A stretch of DNA of 63,153 bases, the filler included, from Chiloscyllium plagiosum (lineage: Eukaryota): the NCBI RefSeq assembly GCF_004010195.1. It is 3 parts of one record of this genome, joined end to end, with 100 filler letters (N's around TTAATTAATTAA, not from the genome) between each part and the next. Parts side by side here need not be neighbours in the genome. Positions count along the whole stretch, not along the records: positions 27,324 to 56,806 come from NC_057711.1; positions 56,907 to 63,153 come from NC_057711.1; 1 more part is not named here. The stretch is one strand, 5' to 3'. A model generated the notes under the pieces. The model did no database searches. It was not told the origin of the DNA and saw only the letters and a program-made list of their open reading frames with translations. Below are positions 52,155-63,153 of this stretch, piece after piece; within the stretch, counting starts at the first letter, position 1; each line of letters opens with the position of its first letter. Made by a program: the position numbers and the translations under genes.

Positions 52155-55088
52155 TAAGGAAAGAAGTCCAACTTGTCCTAACTCTCCCTATAACTCAGAT
52201 CATTGAGTCAAAAAGTGTGGCACTGGAAACGCACAGCCAGTCAGGCAGTATCTGAGGAGCAGGAGAGTTGACGTTTCAAGCATACGTTCTTCATCAGGAA
52301 TTTGACTTTCCTGCACCTTGGATGCTGCCTGACTGGTTGTGCTTTTTCAGCGCCGCACGTTTTGACTCTGATCTCCAGAATCTTACAATCCTCACTTTCT
52401 CCTCAAACCATTGAGTCCTGGCAACATCCTTGTAAATTTCTTCTGCACGCTTTCCAGTTGAACAGCATCCTTCCTATAGCAAAGTGATCAAAACTGAACA
52501 CAGTATTCCAAGTACGGCCTCACCAACATCCTGTACAACAGTAACATCACTTTCCAACTTCTATACTCAGTGCCCTGACTGATGAAGACCAGTGTGCCAA
52601 AAGCCTTCTTTACTGCCTTATCGACCTGCGGCTCAACTTTCAGAGAAATCTGAACCTGAACTCAAAGATCTTTCTGTTCTATTATATTCCTTAAGGCCCG
52701 ACTGTTCACCATAAAACTCCTACCTTGACTTGACTTTCCAAAATGCAAGACCTCATACTTATCCATATTAAACCCCATTTGCCATTTCTCGGCCAACTTC
52801 CCCAAATGATCAAGGTCCTGCTGCAATTTCTGAGAGCCTTCCCCACTGTCCATGACACAGCTTTCCTTAAAAACCTCAATCAAGTTTGTGAGACAAGACC
52901 TTCCCTGTATAAAGTCATGCTAACTATCCCAAATAAGTGCATTCTTCTCCAAATGTTAGTAAATCTTGTCTCTGAGAATCTCATTCAAACATTTCCCAAT
53001 CACAGATGTTAGGGTCACTAGCCTTTAATTTCCTGAGTTATCCTCATTGTCTCTATTAAGTAAAGGAACAACACTGGTGTTTTGCCAGTCTTCTGGGACC
53101 TTGCCTGTGGCTGAAAAAGATAGAAATATCTCTGTTAAAGCCCTAGCAATTTTCTCCCTTGCCTCCCTTAGTATCTTGAGATACATCAGGCTCTGGGCTC
53201 TTATCCACCTTAATATTTTTCATGTCACCTAACATCTCTTCATTTTTCATATCAACATGTCCAGAATAATATAATTTAATGTAATATAATACAACACAAT
53301 ATAATATAATAAAATATAATATAATATCCAATAATGTAACAACAAACCCCTCCCTAATCTTACCATCATCCATGTCGCACTTGTAGGTGAATACCAATAC
53401 AAAGCATTAAGGACCTCACCCACTTTCTCTGGCTCTATGCATAAATTCCCTTTTTTGTCCTTAGCTACCCTCTTGCTCTTAATATATGTATAAAATGCCT
53501 TGGAATTATTTTTAATCCTACTTGCTGAGGACATTTCATGGCCCCTTCTAGCCCTCCTAATTTCATATTTAATTTTTTTTCTGCATTCTTTGTACTCCAC
53601 AAGGATTTCAGTATCCTAAACTAACAATATTCTTCCTTATTCTTTTTGACAAACCTTTAAATATCTCTTGCCATTTAAGGTTTCTGAATCTTGCCATCCT
53701 TATCTTTCATTCTACAGGGACATGCCAGTCCTGAACTCCAATCAATTGGTCTTTAATATCTCATTTTGATTTATCCTCAAACAACCGCCCCAATCTAATT
53801 CCTCCAGTTTGCACCTAATACTGTTGTAATTAGCCTTCCCCCAAATTAGCACTGATGACCAGTCTTATCCTTATCCATAACTATCTTAAAACTTATAGGA
53901 TTATGATCACTGTTCCCAAAATGCTCCTCCACTAAAACTTCAATTACTTGGCCATGCTCATTATTCAACCGCAAGGTCCAATACACCCCTTCCCTATTAA
54001 AATATCTTCATATTGTTGCAAGAAACCCTCTTGGACGCACCTACCAAATTCAGCCCAACTAAGCCCCTGGCACTAAGAGCGTCTCTGTCAATATTAAGGA
54101 AGTTGTTTAGTAATTTATTATTACATGTATTTATGAAAAATGCAGTAAAATGTATTAAAGTCACCATAATTAATCCAATACTGTTTTGATTACATAAGCT
54201 ATAAAAAAATGCAGACAAAGTTAAGACAAATTTCATTTTTTTTTCCAATCACCTCTTCTTGATTTCATAAGTGGCAATGAAATGTGCCTAACCTCACAGC
54301 CGCTAAAGCTGTCCTTGAGGCCGCGTCACCAAGAAGGAAGCATGCTGAAGTAACCCTTATTTAGTTGACCGGGCACAGAGCATCATCTCTACCAAAAGCT
54401 GTCCCTGAGGCCGCAACACCAAGGAGGAAGCAAATCATCCACTACAACAACTCTGTTGATTTTACATCTTTCTATAATCTGCTTACATATCTGTTCCTCT
54501 AGTTCCTACTGGCTATGAGGAGGTCTTAGTATAACCCCATCATTATGATTGCACTTTTTGTATTTGTAACTTGTATCCTATGGCCTCACTGGATGAGGCG
54601 TCCAAGATATCCTCTATTAGTACAGCTGTGACATTCTCCTTAATCAATAATGCAACTCCCCTACTCCTTTTACACTCCTCTCTGTATTAACTGAAACACC
54701 TAAACCTGGAACATTGAGCTGTCAGTCCTGCCCTTCTCTCAACCAAGCTTCTGCATTGGCTAGAACATCATGTACTAATCCCATGTATTAATCCAGGCTC
54801 TAAGCTCATCTGCCTTACCTGTTACACTCCTTGCATTAAAATACACATGTTTATAATCACCTGTCTCACCATATTCATTAGTTTGGTTCTGTCTGTCCTT
54901 CGTATTAGACTTACTTGACTTAACATTGAAATTTAACTCAACCACTCCACATGCTGACCAACTGCTGGGGTTCCCACACCCTGCTCCACTAATTTAACCC
55001 TCCTGAGTAGCACTAGCAAATCTCCCCGCTTGAATATTGGTGCCCCTTCAGTTTCGGTGCACCTTGTCCTTCTTGTACTGGTCCCACC
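52155..55088 (-). mobile_element. Degraded CR1 LINE (APE to RT) with several insertions
   Basis: ORFs 53247..53600 and 52662..52883. Interrupted by a fold-back element, an (AATAT)n tract at ~53264-53340 and an unrelated segment at ~54105-54465. Confidence 0.85.
52210..52401. mobile_element. Fold-back element, family A, with a deletion in the right arm
   Basis: TSD CTCA(G/A)A(T/C)CATTGAGTC at 52194-52209 and 52402-52417. Left arm ends CATCAGGAATT. Confidence 0.8.
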
Positions 55089-55820
55089 TGTGTTTTTCAG
55101 TTGGCAGTATGTTTCCTCCTTTAAGACAGTGGGTCAGGTGATGTGGAGCAGGACCGAGGGAAGGTAGTCGAAAAACAGACTGTAGAGCTGTGAGCGTGCA
55201 CAATAAATTACTCTCTGTTCAACTTTACCCTCGGTCTACCTCATGTTTTATTTATGTTTCTGGTGAGTCACAAGCATAATAATTGCCAATGAGAGTAGAA
55301 TTTGGCCCACAAACAGTGTTCAAGCACTATTTATTTTTGTCAGGAAGAAGGACATCACTTGAACTTTGGAAACAGTATGGAATTGTGGAGGGACTATTGA
55401 GAGAAGTGGGCACAAGGGGACTCAGGCTGTGGACGACACGAGGGATGAACAGTATGCCAGGACAGTTGGTAACGGGGTGGCTGACATGGAGACTGTTCAC
55501 TGAGGGATTTGGTCTGTGGGCAATTCCAGGGAAGAACAGTATGCTAAGACAGTCGGTAAGGGGGTGGCCAACATGGAGACCATTCACTGAGGGACTTGGG
55601 CTGTGAACGGCTACGGGAAACATTCCCCCCAGCAGGAAAATAAAATAGCAAGTCAATTTGGAGTGATGGGACCATTTGATGACGAGACACAAAGTTGGAC
55701 TCTGTATACCAAACATTTTAATACACACTTAAGGGCAAACAAAATGGCCGAAGCCATTACAGCATCAGTTTTCTTGAGCACCATTGAAAGTAAGACCTTT
55801 GCAACTCCAAGTAATCTGAT
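55089..55820 (+). mobile_element. Gypsy-like LTR retrotransposon 5' fragment (short LTR, leader with ~87-bp repeats, gag N-terminus)
   Basis: TG start, TTTAAGA and AATAAA within ~190 bp. GVMGPFDDETQSWTLY...LRANKM...VFLSTIESKTF...NL resembles vertebrate Gypsy gag N-termini. Confidence 0.6.
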
Positions 55821-56305
55821 GCTGACCACCATAATCTCAGTGCCAAAGAAAGCATGTGCAATTTGCCTTAATGACTACCGCTCAGTGACTCTGGTCTCCA
55901 TAATCATGAAGTGCTTCAAGAGACTGGTCATGTCACAGCAGCCCTCCCAGCCTCCCTCAATCCCCTGCAATTTGCCTACTGATGAAACACGTCCGTGGTG
56001 GATGCCATTTCCCTAGCCTTACACTCATCCCTGGAACATCTGGATAAAAAGGACATTTCTGTCAGACCCGTACTCATCAAATACAACTCTGCCTTCAACA
56101 CCATATTCTGCTCCAGACTAATCTCAAAACTCTGAGACATAGGTCTTGGCTCCACCCTCTGCAACTGGATCCCTAGCTTCCTGACCAACAGACCACAATC
56201 AGTGAAGATAGGCGACCACATCCCATTCAGGATGACCTTCAACATTTCAGCCCCTCCTAAGCATGCATTCTCATCCTCCTACTCTACTCCCTGTACACCC
56301 ATGAT
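55821..56305 (+). mobile_element. Rex1/Babar LINE RT fragment
   Basis: TTIISVPKK...CLNDYRSVTLVSIIMKCFKRLV; YNSAFNTI; LCNWI.SFLTNRPQSVKIG. Confidence 0.8.
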
Positions 56306-56806
56306 TAGATTATGGCCAAGTTTGTCAATCAAAAGTTGCCGCAGAGGCAGAGCGGAAGAGTTGGACATCGCACAGAGCCGTGGTAATAGGGGATGCCATC
56401 GTGAGAGGAACTGACTGGGGTTTTTGTGGCAGCAGACGGGATTTAAGGATGGTGTGTTGCCTTCCTGGTGCTAGAGTGAAAGACATCGCGGACAGAGTGC
56501 AGGAAATCCTCAAGGATGAGGGTGACGAGCCAGAGGTAGTGGTACATGTCGGCACAAATGATGTCGGGAAGAAGAGGAGGAACATACTACAGCGAGACTT
56601 CGGAGAACTAGGAAGAAGGCTGAAAAGCAGGACATCCAAGGTGGTTATCTCCTGTTTGCTTCCAGTTCCTCGGGCTAGTGTGGCCAGAAACAGGGAGATA
56701 ATGGACTTGAACGTGTGGTTGGGGAACTGGTGCAGGAAGCAAGGATTTAAATTCTTGGATCACTGGGGTATGTTTTGTGGTAAGCATAAATTCTACAAGA
56801 GAGACG
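56306..56806 (+). mobile_element. CR1 ORF1 SGNH-esterase domain, cut by the gap
   Basis: ORF 56380..: VIGDAIVRG, CLPGARVKD, VHVGTND. Confidence 0.9.
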
Positions 56807-56906
56807 NNNNNNNNNNNNNNNNNNNNNNNNNNNNNNNNNNNNNNNNNNNNTTAATTAATTAANNNNNNNNNNNNNNNNNNNNNNNNNNNNNNNNNNNNNN
56901 NNNNNN
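56807..56906. other. Artificial contig join (N44-TTAATTAATTAA-N44)
   Basis: Linker at 56851-56862. Confidence 0.95.
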
Positions 56907-59300
56907 TTTTGTCCTTAATATATTTGTAAAAACCCTTTGGATTCTCCTTAATTCTGGTTTGCCAAAGGTATCTCATGTCCCCTTTTTGCCCTCCTGATTT
57001 CCCTCTTAAGTATACTCCTACTTCCTTTATACTCTTCTAAGGATTCACTCGATCTATCCTGTCTATACCTGACATATGCTTCCTTCTTTTTTTTAACCAA
57101 ACTCTCAATTTCTTTAGTCATCCAACATTCCCTATACCTACGAGCCTTTCCTTTCACCCTGATAGGAATATACTTTTTCTTGATTCTCGTTATCTCATTT
57201 CTGAATGATTAGATTTAGATTAGATTTAGATTAGAAACAGGCCCTTCGGCCCAACAAGTCCACACTGACCCGCCGAAGCGCAAACCACCCATACCCCTAC
57301 ATTTACCCCTTACCTAACACTACGGACAATTTAGCATGGCCAATTCACCTGACCTGCACATCTTTGGACTGTGGGAGGAAACCGGAGCACCCGGAGGAAA
57401 CCCACGCAGACACGGGGAGAATGTGCAAACTCCACACAGTCAGTCGCCTGAGGCAGGAATTGAACCTGGGTCTCTGGCGCTGTGAGGCAGCAGTGCTAAC
57501 CACTGTGCCACCATGCCGAATGCTTCCCATTTTCCAGCCCTTTACCTGTGAACATCTGCCCCCAATCAGCTTTCGAAAGTTCTTGCCTAATACCATCAAA
57601 ATTGGCCTTTTTTCCAATTTAGAACTTTAACTTTTAGATCTGGTCTATCCTTTTCCATCACTATTTTAAATCTAATATAATTATGGTCGCTGGCCCCAAA
57701 GTGCTCCCCCACTATCACTTCAGTCACCTGCCCTGCCTTATTTCCCAATAGTAGGTCAAGTTTTACTCCTTCTCTAGTAGGTGCATCCACTTATTGAATT
57801 AGAAAATTGTCTTGTACACACTTAAGAAATTCCTCTCCATCTAAACCTTTAACACTATGGCAGTCCAGTCGATGTTTGGAAAGTTAAAATCCCCGACCAT
57901 AACCACCCTATTATTCTTACACATAGCTGAGATCTCCTTACAAGTTTGTTTCTCAATTTTCCTCTGACTATTTGGGGGTCTATAGTACAATCCCAATAAG
58001 GTGATCATCCATTTCTTAATTCTCAGTTCCACCCAAATAACTTCCCTGGATGTATTTCCGGGAATATCCTCCCTCAGCACAGCTGTCATGCTATCCCTTA
58101 TCATAAATACCACTCCACCTCCTCTCTTGCCTCCCTTTCTATCCTTCCTGTAGCATTTGTATCCTGGAACATTAAGCTGCCAGTCCTGCCCATCCCTGAG
58201 CTATGACATCCCAGTCCTATGCTCCTAACCATTCCCTGAGTTCATCTGCCTTCCCTATTAGGCCGCTTGCATTGAAATAAATGCAGTTTAATTTATTAGT
58301 CCTACCTTGTCCGTGCCTGCCCTCACTGTTTGACTTGCTTCTGTTCTCAAATGTACCAGTCTTAGATTGATCTCTTTTCTCACTATCTCCCTGGGTCCCA
58401 GTAGTTTAAAACCTCCCGAGCAGCTCTAGCAAATTTCCCTGCCAGTATATTAGTCCCCTTCCAATTTAGGTGCAATCTGTCCTTCTTGTACAGGTCACTT
58501 CTACCCAAAAGAGATTCCAATTATCCAAAAATGTGAATCCTCCTCCCATGCATCAGCTCCTCAGCCATGCATTCATCTGCTCTAGCCTCTTATTCCTGCC
58601 CTCACTACCTCATGGCACCGACAGTAATCCAGATATTACTACTCTCGAGGACCTCCTTTTTAAATTTCTGCCTAACTCTCTGTAATCTCTCTTCAGAATC
58701 TCAACCTTTTCCCTTCCTATGTCGTTGGTTCCAAAGTGGACAATGACCTCTTGCTGGCCCCATTCCCCATTCAGAACATTCTACACCCTCTCTGACGTCA
58801 TCCATGATCCTGGCACCAGGGAAGTAACACAGCATTCTGCTTTTTTGCTGCTGGCCACAGAAACGTCTGTCTGTACCTCGGACTACAAAATCCATGAACA
58901 CAATTGATCTCTTGGAAGCCGACGTACCCCTCGTTGCATTAGAGCCAGTCTCAATACCAGACACTTGGCTGTTTGTGCTACATTCCCCATAGAATCCATC
59001 ACCCCCTACATTTTCTAAAACAGCATACCTGTTTGAAATGGGTATATCCACAAAAGACCCCTGTACTAGGTGCCTACCTCTCTTACCTTTCCTGGAGTTA
59101 ACCCATCTATGTGACTGTATCTGAGACTTCCACCCTTCCTAAAACTGCCATCCATCACATACTGTTACTGTTGCAAATTCCTCATTGCTTCTAACTGTCT
59201 CTCCAACCGATCCACTCGATCTGATAAGATTTGCATCCAACAGCATTTATGGCATACATAATCGGCAGTAACCCTTAAACTCTCTTTAAACTCCCACATC
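56907..59300 (-). mobile_element. CR1 LINE 5' half (ORF1 esterase, APE endonuclease, tether)
   Basis: ORFs 58701..59051 (VRGTDRRFCG, FPGAR), 57841..58113 (YYRPP, VGDFNFP), 57596..57790 (LDLLL, SDH), 56948..57157. Confidence 0.92.
57208..57517 (-). mobile_element. HE1-type SINE nested in the LINE
   Basis: Reverse complement of 40995-41305; GAATG duplicated at 57203-57207 and 57518-57522. Confidence 0.92.
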
Positions 59301-59307
59301 TGACAAG

Positions 59308-59872
59308 GGCTGTACAGGACATTGGTTAGGCCACTGTTGGAATATTGCGTGCAATTCTGGTCTCCTTCCTATCGGAAAGATATTGTGAAACTTGAAAGGG
59401 TACAGAAAAGATTTACAAGGATGTTGCCAGGGTTGGAGGATCTGAGCTACAGGGAGAGGCTGAACAGACTGGGGCTGTTTTCCCTGGAGCATCGGAGGCT
59501 GAGGGGTGACCTTATCAAGGTTTACAAAATTATGAGGGCATGGATAGGATAAATAGACAAAGTCTTTTCCCTTGGGTCGGGGAGTCCAGAACTAGAGGGC
59601 ATAGGTTTACGGTGAGAGGGGAAAGATATAAAAGAGACCTAAAGGGCAACTTTTTCTCACAGAGGGTGGTACGTGTATGGAATGAGCTGCCAGAGGAAGT
59701 GGTGGAAGCTGGTACAATTGCAACATTTAAGAGGCATTTGGATGGGTATATGAATAGGAAGAGTTTGGAGGAATATGGGCTGGCTGTTGGGATTGGGTTG
59801 GGATATCTGGTCGGCATGGACGGGTTGGACTGAAGAGTCTGTTTCCATGCTGTACATCTCTTTATGACTCTA
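59308..59872 (+). mobile_element. HER1-type CR1 3' end
   Basis: ORFs 59322..59552 and 59540..59833; TATGACTCTA tail. Confidence 0.95.
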
Positions 59873-60373
59873 TAAGTACATATCACTGTACTAAAGGCTA
59901 TTTTTGCTCCTTCACAATCTATAGACCCAGAAAATAACACCGTCTTATTCCTCTACAAAACACTGCCCCAGGTTAAGTTAATAATTATGCCTTATATTTC
60001 TACTCACTACTGCAGCCTTTCTATTGGACACACTTAAAACAACGATTAACTTATCTGAGTCTGTGCTGTGAACTTTGCCCAAACAGGTTCCTCCAAGATT
60101 AGTTGCGAATTTCACTGTTTGTTAATTTTCTCAGATGCACTCCGATATCCAGCGATAGATGAATTCAAAACAGCAAAGGCAGTAACTGTGCAGGTTTTCT
60201 CTCTCTTTCTCTCTCTCCTGCACTGTCCTCACCATGTGTTTCCTTTGGCTTTACTTCTCCCTTTTATAACTGCTGTTGTTTTGACTGTTTTTTTTCCAAA
60301 GTTCCAAAACAATGTAGCAGCGTATAAAACAGTAATTGCTGCAATGTGACAACTTTTAGCACACATTTTTAGG

Positions 60374-61078
60374 TGTTATGAAAATGTGGGTGTACTATAC
60401 CCTCAAGAGAGTAAAAGCTCACAGTGACAGTACCAAGTTTTCTCAATAAGACACAATGTAACATGTTCTCCAGCTACTGGGGAAGCTAGTTGCCTGGAAA
60501 CAACAAGACAGATTTGAATTAGGCCAATCAGTTTAAATTATACCCCAAAACATACCAAATTCCAATCAAGTTTGAATTGTGTGTATTGATAATCTTAAAA
60601 GCCAATGATGCAATCCGATGCTTTGGGGTATAAGACTGGGGAAAATTGAACAGTTAGGAGGAGAACAGCCACAAGACCAACAACTGTAGACTGCTGGTTA
60701 GAACTCTCTGAGAGGTACCTGTCAAGAGAGAGAGTTTACACAGAGAAAAACCTCAACACTAAGAGCCAATCTACCAACAAAGATAAGGAGAAGTTTGGAC
60801 CACTGGCTGGTTTTAAAATTTTAATTTTTCCGTAACTCTTAATTGGGAGTTTTATTGGACTAGTATTATAGAAGGGAAGGTAAAAGGTAGGTTAGAGGAA
60901 GGAATTGTAAATAGTTGTTAGTTAGTTATTCTCTGTTATAGCTTAAGAAATAAAGTTGTCATCTTTTACTTTAAATAGTTCTTGGCCACTCAAAGTTTTA
61001 CAGATTACTGCATGGGAGAAATCTTTTCTGTATTGCTGGTTTTAAATTAAGCAGGAGGGTTTACCCCGTGTCGTAAGA
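60374..61078 (+). mobile_element. Probable solo LTR, ~705 bp
   Basis: Starts TGTTATGA and ends TCGTAAGA (near-inverted). Three CCAAT boxes (60520-60610), TATAA at ~60629, AATAAA at ~60949. Flanks TTAGG / GTAGG. Confidence 0.65.
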
Positions 61079-61874
61079 GTAGGCACAAATCCACCATCTG
61101 CTTCAGTCTGTCCCTCAGTTTCTGAACAGGTTCCATGTTTAAACTCGAGCTGTCAGATTTAGGAATGTTGATTTGAAAGGTGCACACTCCTTCCTGCAGT
61201 ATATGCTCTCTCCCTTCATTCATTGGAAATGCAAAGTGATTTATTTTCACTTCCACAGAAATTTGTCAGGAGATGCATTAAATTCACAATATGCATTTCA
61301 AATAGGTAAAATTCCATGCAAAGACCTAAATTTGTAATGTTATAAACATGAAGTTTTAACGATTGTTCTGGTTTGGGAATGTCTTTACATGTCTTTAAAT
61401 GGAGGTTGAATGGAGAATGAAGGTAGTTCATTCAATAGGTGACCTACTCTGAATTTTGTCTGACACCAAGCCTAGGTTGTTTGATTGTAAAGGTTAAGTG
61501 GGGGCCTGGACTGGTTTTGGAGAAGGTGCCAACCGTCTGCACCTGTAGTCAATGGTAAGCACAGTAGTGCTGATTTTGGGTAGACTCATGCAATAGCAGG
61601 TTAGATAAATGGTTACACTTTAAGCTGTCCACACTTGCTCCTCATCATCTACAGATTTGCAGCCTGTGGATCTATGCATTTATGAGGTCAGCTCCAGACA
61701 CAATTTTTTTTCACATTGACTCAACCGGTCTGATTTGTGGCTCATCATTGTACTTAGGAGAATTACATTGGAGTAGAATCCATATTTTTTTGATATCTGC
61801 AAGAAGTCCATACCACATCCCCCAAGAATAATGAGGAATTGGTGTAGTTAATTCGAAGCCAGAATAGAATTCGA

Positions 61875-63153
61875 TATCATAGATCACAGAGATTTTGCAG
61901 CACAGAAGAAAACCCTTTGACCCCAATGTATCTACACTGACCTTCAATATCTATATATTCTAAATCCATTTTCCCACACTTTGTCTATAGCCAAGTATTC
62001 TAGAGCATTTCAAGTGCCATCCAAATACTACTTAAATGACTTGAGGGTTCCAGCCTCTACCACAATGGGTTCTACCCTGAGTGAAAAACAATTTATCTAA
62101 AATTCCCTGCTTCTTACCTTAAAATTGTGACTGTTTGTTATTATTTTCTCTACTGAGGGGAAACAATTCCCCATTCATGTCAGCCATAAATTTGTACACC
62201 TCTTGCAAGTACCCTCTCAGTCTTCTCTGCTCCAAGAATCATAGAAACATTGAAGTTTTGGCCCTTTGTGCTTGCTCTGTCTTTCAATATGATCATAGCT
62301 GATCATCTATCTCAATACAAAAACATGCTTGCTCCCTGGATAACTTGATTACTTTAAAATCTAAAGATTGATCAATCTCTTTCTTGAATATATTTTATGA
62401 TTTCGACTCCACAGGTTTTTGGGATAGAAAATTCCACAGGTTAACTGAATTTTGAATGAAGAAATCTTTCCTCATCTCAGCCCTAAAGGGTCTAACCTGT
62501 ATTCCAATGACTACCAATGCATCCAATATTTTGAAGGTCTCTTCCTTTAGTACTCTGGGTTGTAGATTTTCAGGCCTTTGTAATTGTTATCCTTCAACCC
62601 CATTAATCTCCCAACACCATTTTCTTACCAATGCTGATTTGATTCAATTCCACCCTCTCACTAGACCCTTGATCCTCTAACATATCTGGCATGTTATTTG
62701 TATGGTCATTTGTGAATGTGGAACCAAAATCAGTGTTCAGTTCTTTGGCCACTTGTTTGTTCCCCATTATAATGCCCCCAGCTTCAGACTAAAGGAACCT
62801 CCATTTGTCTTTGCTAATATTTATCTCTTCCCATGTTTATAGAAATATTTACTGTCAGTTTCTATATTTCCTGTATTTTAATGTCATATTCTATTTTCCC
62901 CTCAAACTTTATTTCCTATTTTGTTGAATTCTAAAATTTTCCTAATCTTCAAGCTTGCTGCTTTCACTGGCAATTTTATAGACTCATAGAACATAGAAGA
63001 ATACAGCGCAGTACAAGCCCTTCGGCCCTCGATGTTGCGCCGATCCAAGCCCACCTACCCTACACTAGCCCACTATCCTCCATATGCCTATCCAATGCCC
63101 GCTCAAATGCCCATAATGAGGGAGAGTCCACCACTGCTACTGGCAGGGCATTC
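61875..63153 (-). mobile_element. Successive CR1 fragments; the youngest 3' end starts at ~62986 and runs off the window
   Basis: CATAGAACATAGAA tails and GCCCTTCGGCCC 3'UTR motif. Confidence 0.75.

Noticed and set aside
56380..56806. SGNH/GDSL esterase as a host or horizontally acquired gene
   Set aside because: An esterase domain is a known part of CR1 ORF1, and a homologous copy at 58701-59051 lies upstream of a CR1 APE domain.

Overview
Eukaryotic, repeat-dense vertebrate DNA. The repeat content (CR1/HER1-type LINEs, HE1-type tRNA SINEs, Penelope-like elements) points to a cartilaginous fish, probably a shark; this is inferred from the repeats only. Most long ORFs in the track are decayed retroelement fragments. 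One spliced host gene can be assembled by eye on the minus strand (exons 14493-14559, 13240-13405, 9666-9929, 4779-4917). It encodes an unidentified type I membrane glycoprotein with a signal peptide, an S/T-rich N-glycosylated ectodomain, a TM helix and a KCKKRR stop-transfer, and has an apparent +1 frameshift in exon 2. The most striking structural signal is a population of ~160-250 bp fold-back (palindromic) insertions with 8-16 bp target-site duplications. They derive from the termini of at least two Penelope-like families (a third family has no parent in the window) and carry back-to-back minimal hammerhead-ribozyme motifs with covarying stem II. Also present: two solo LTRs, a Gypsy 5' fragment, Rex1 and L1-clade fragments, a Tigger-like end, a GATA/E-box cluster, and two artificial N44-TTAATTAATTAA-N44 joins across which contiguity is not guaranteed. 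Boundaries of old repeats are approximate.
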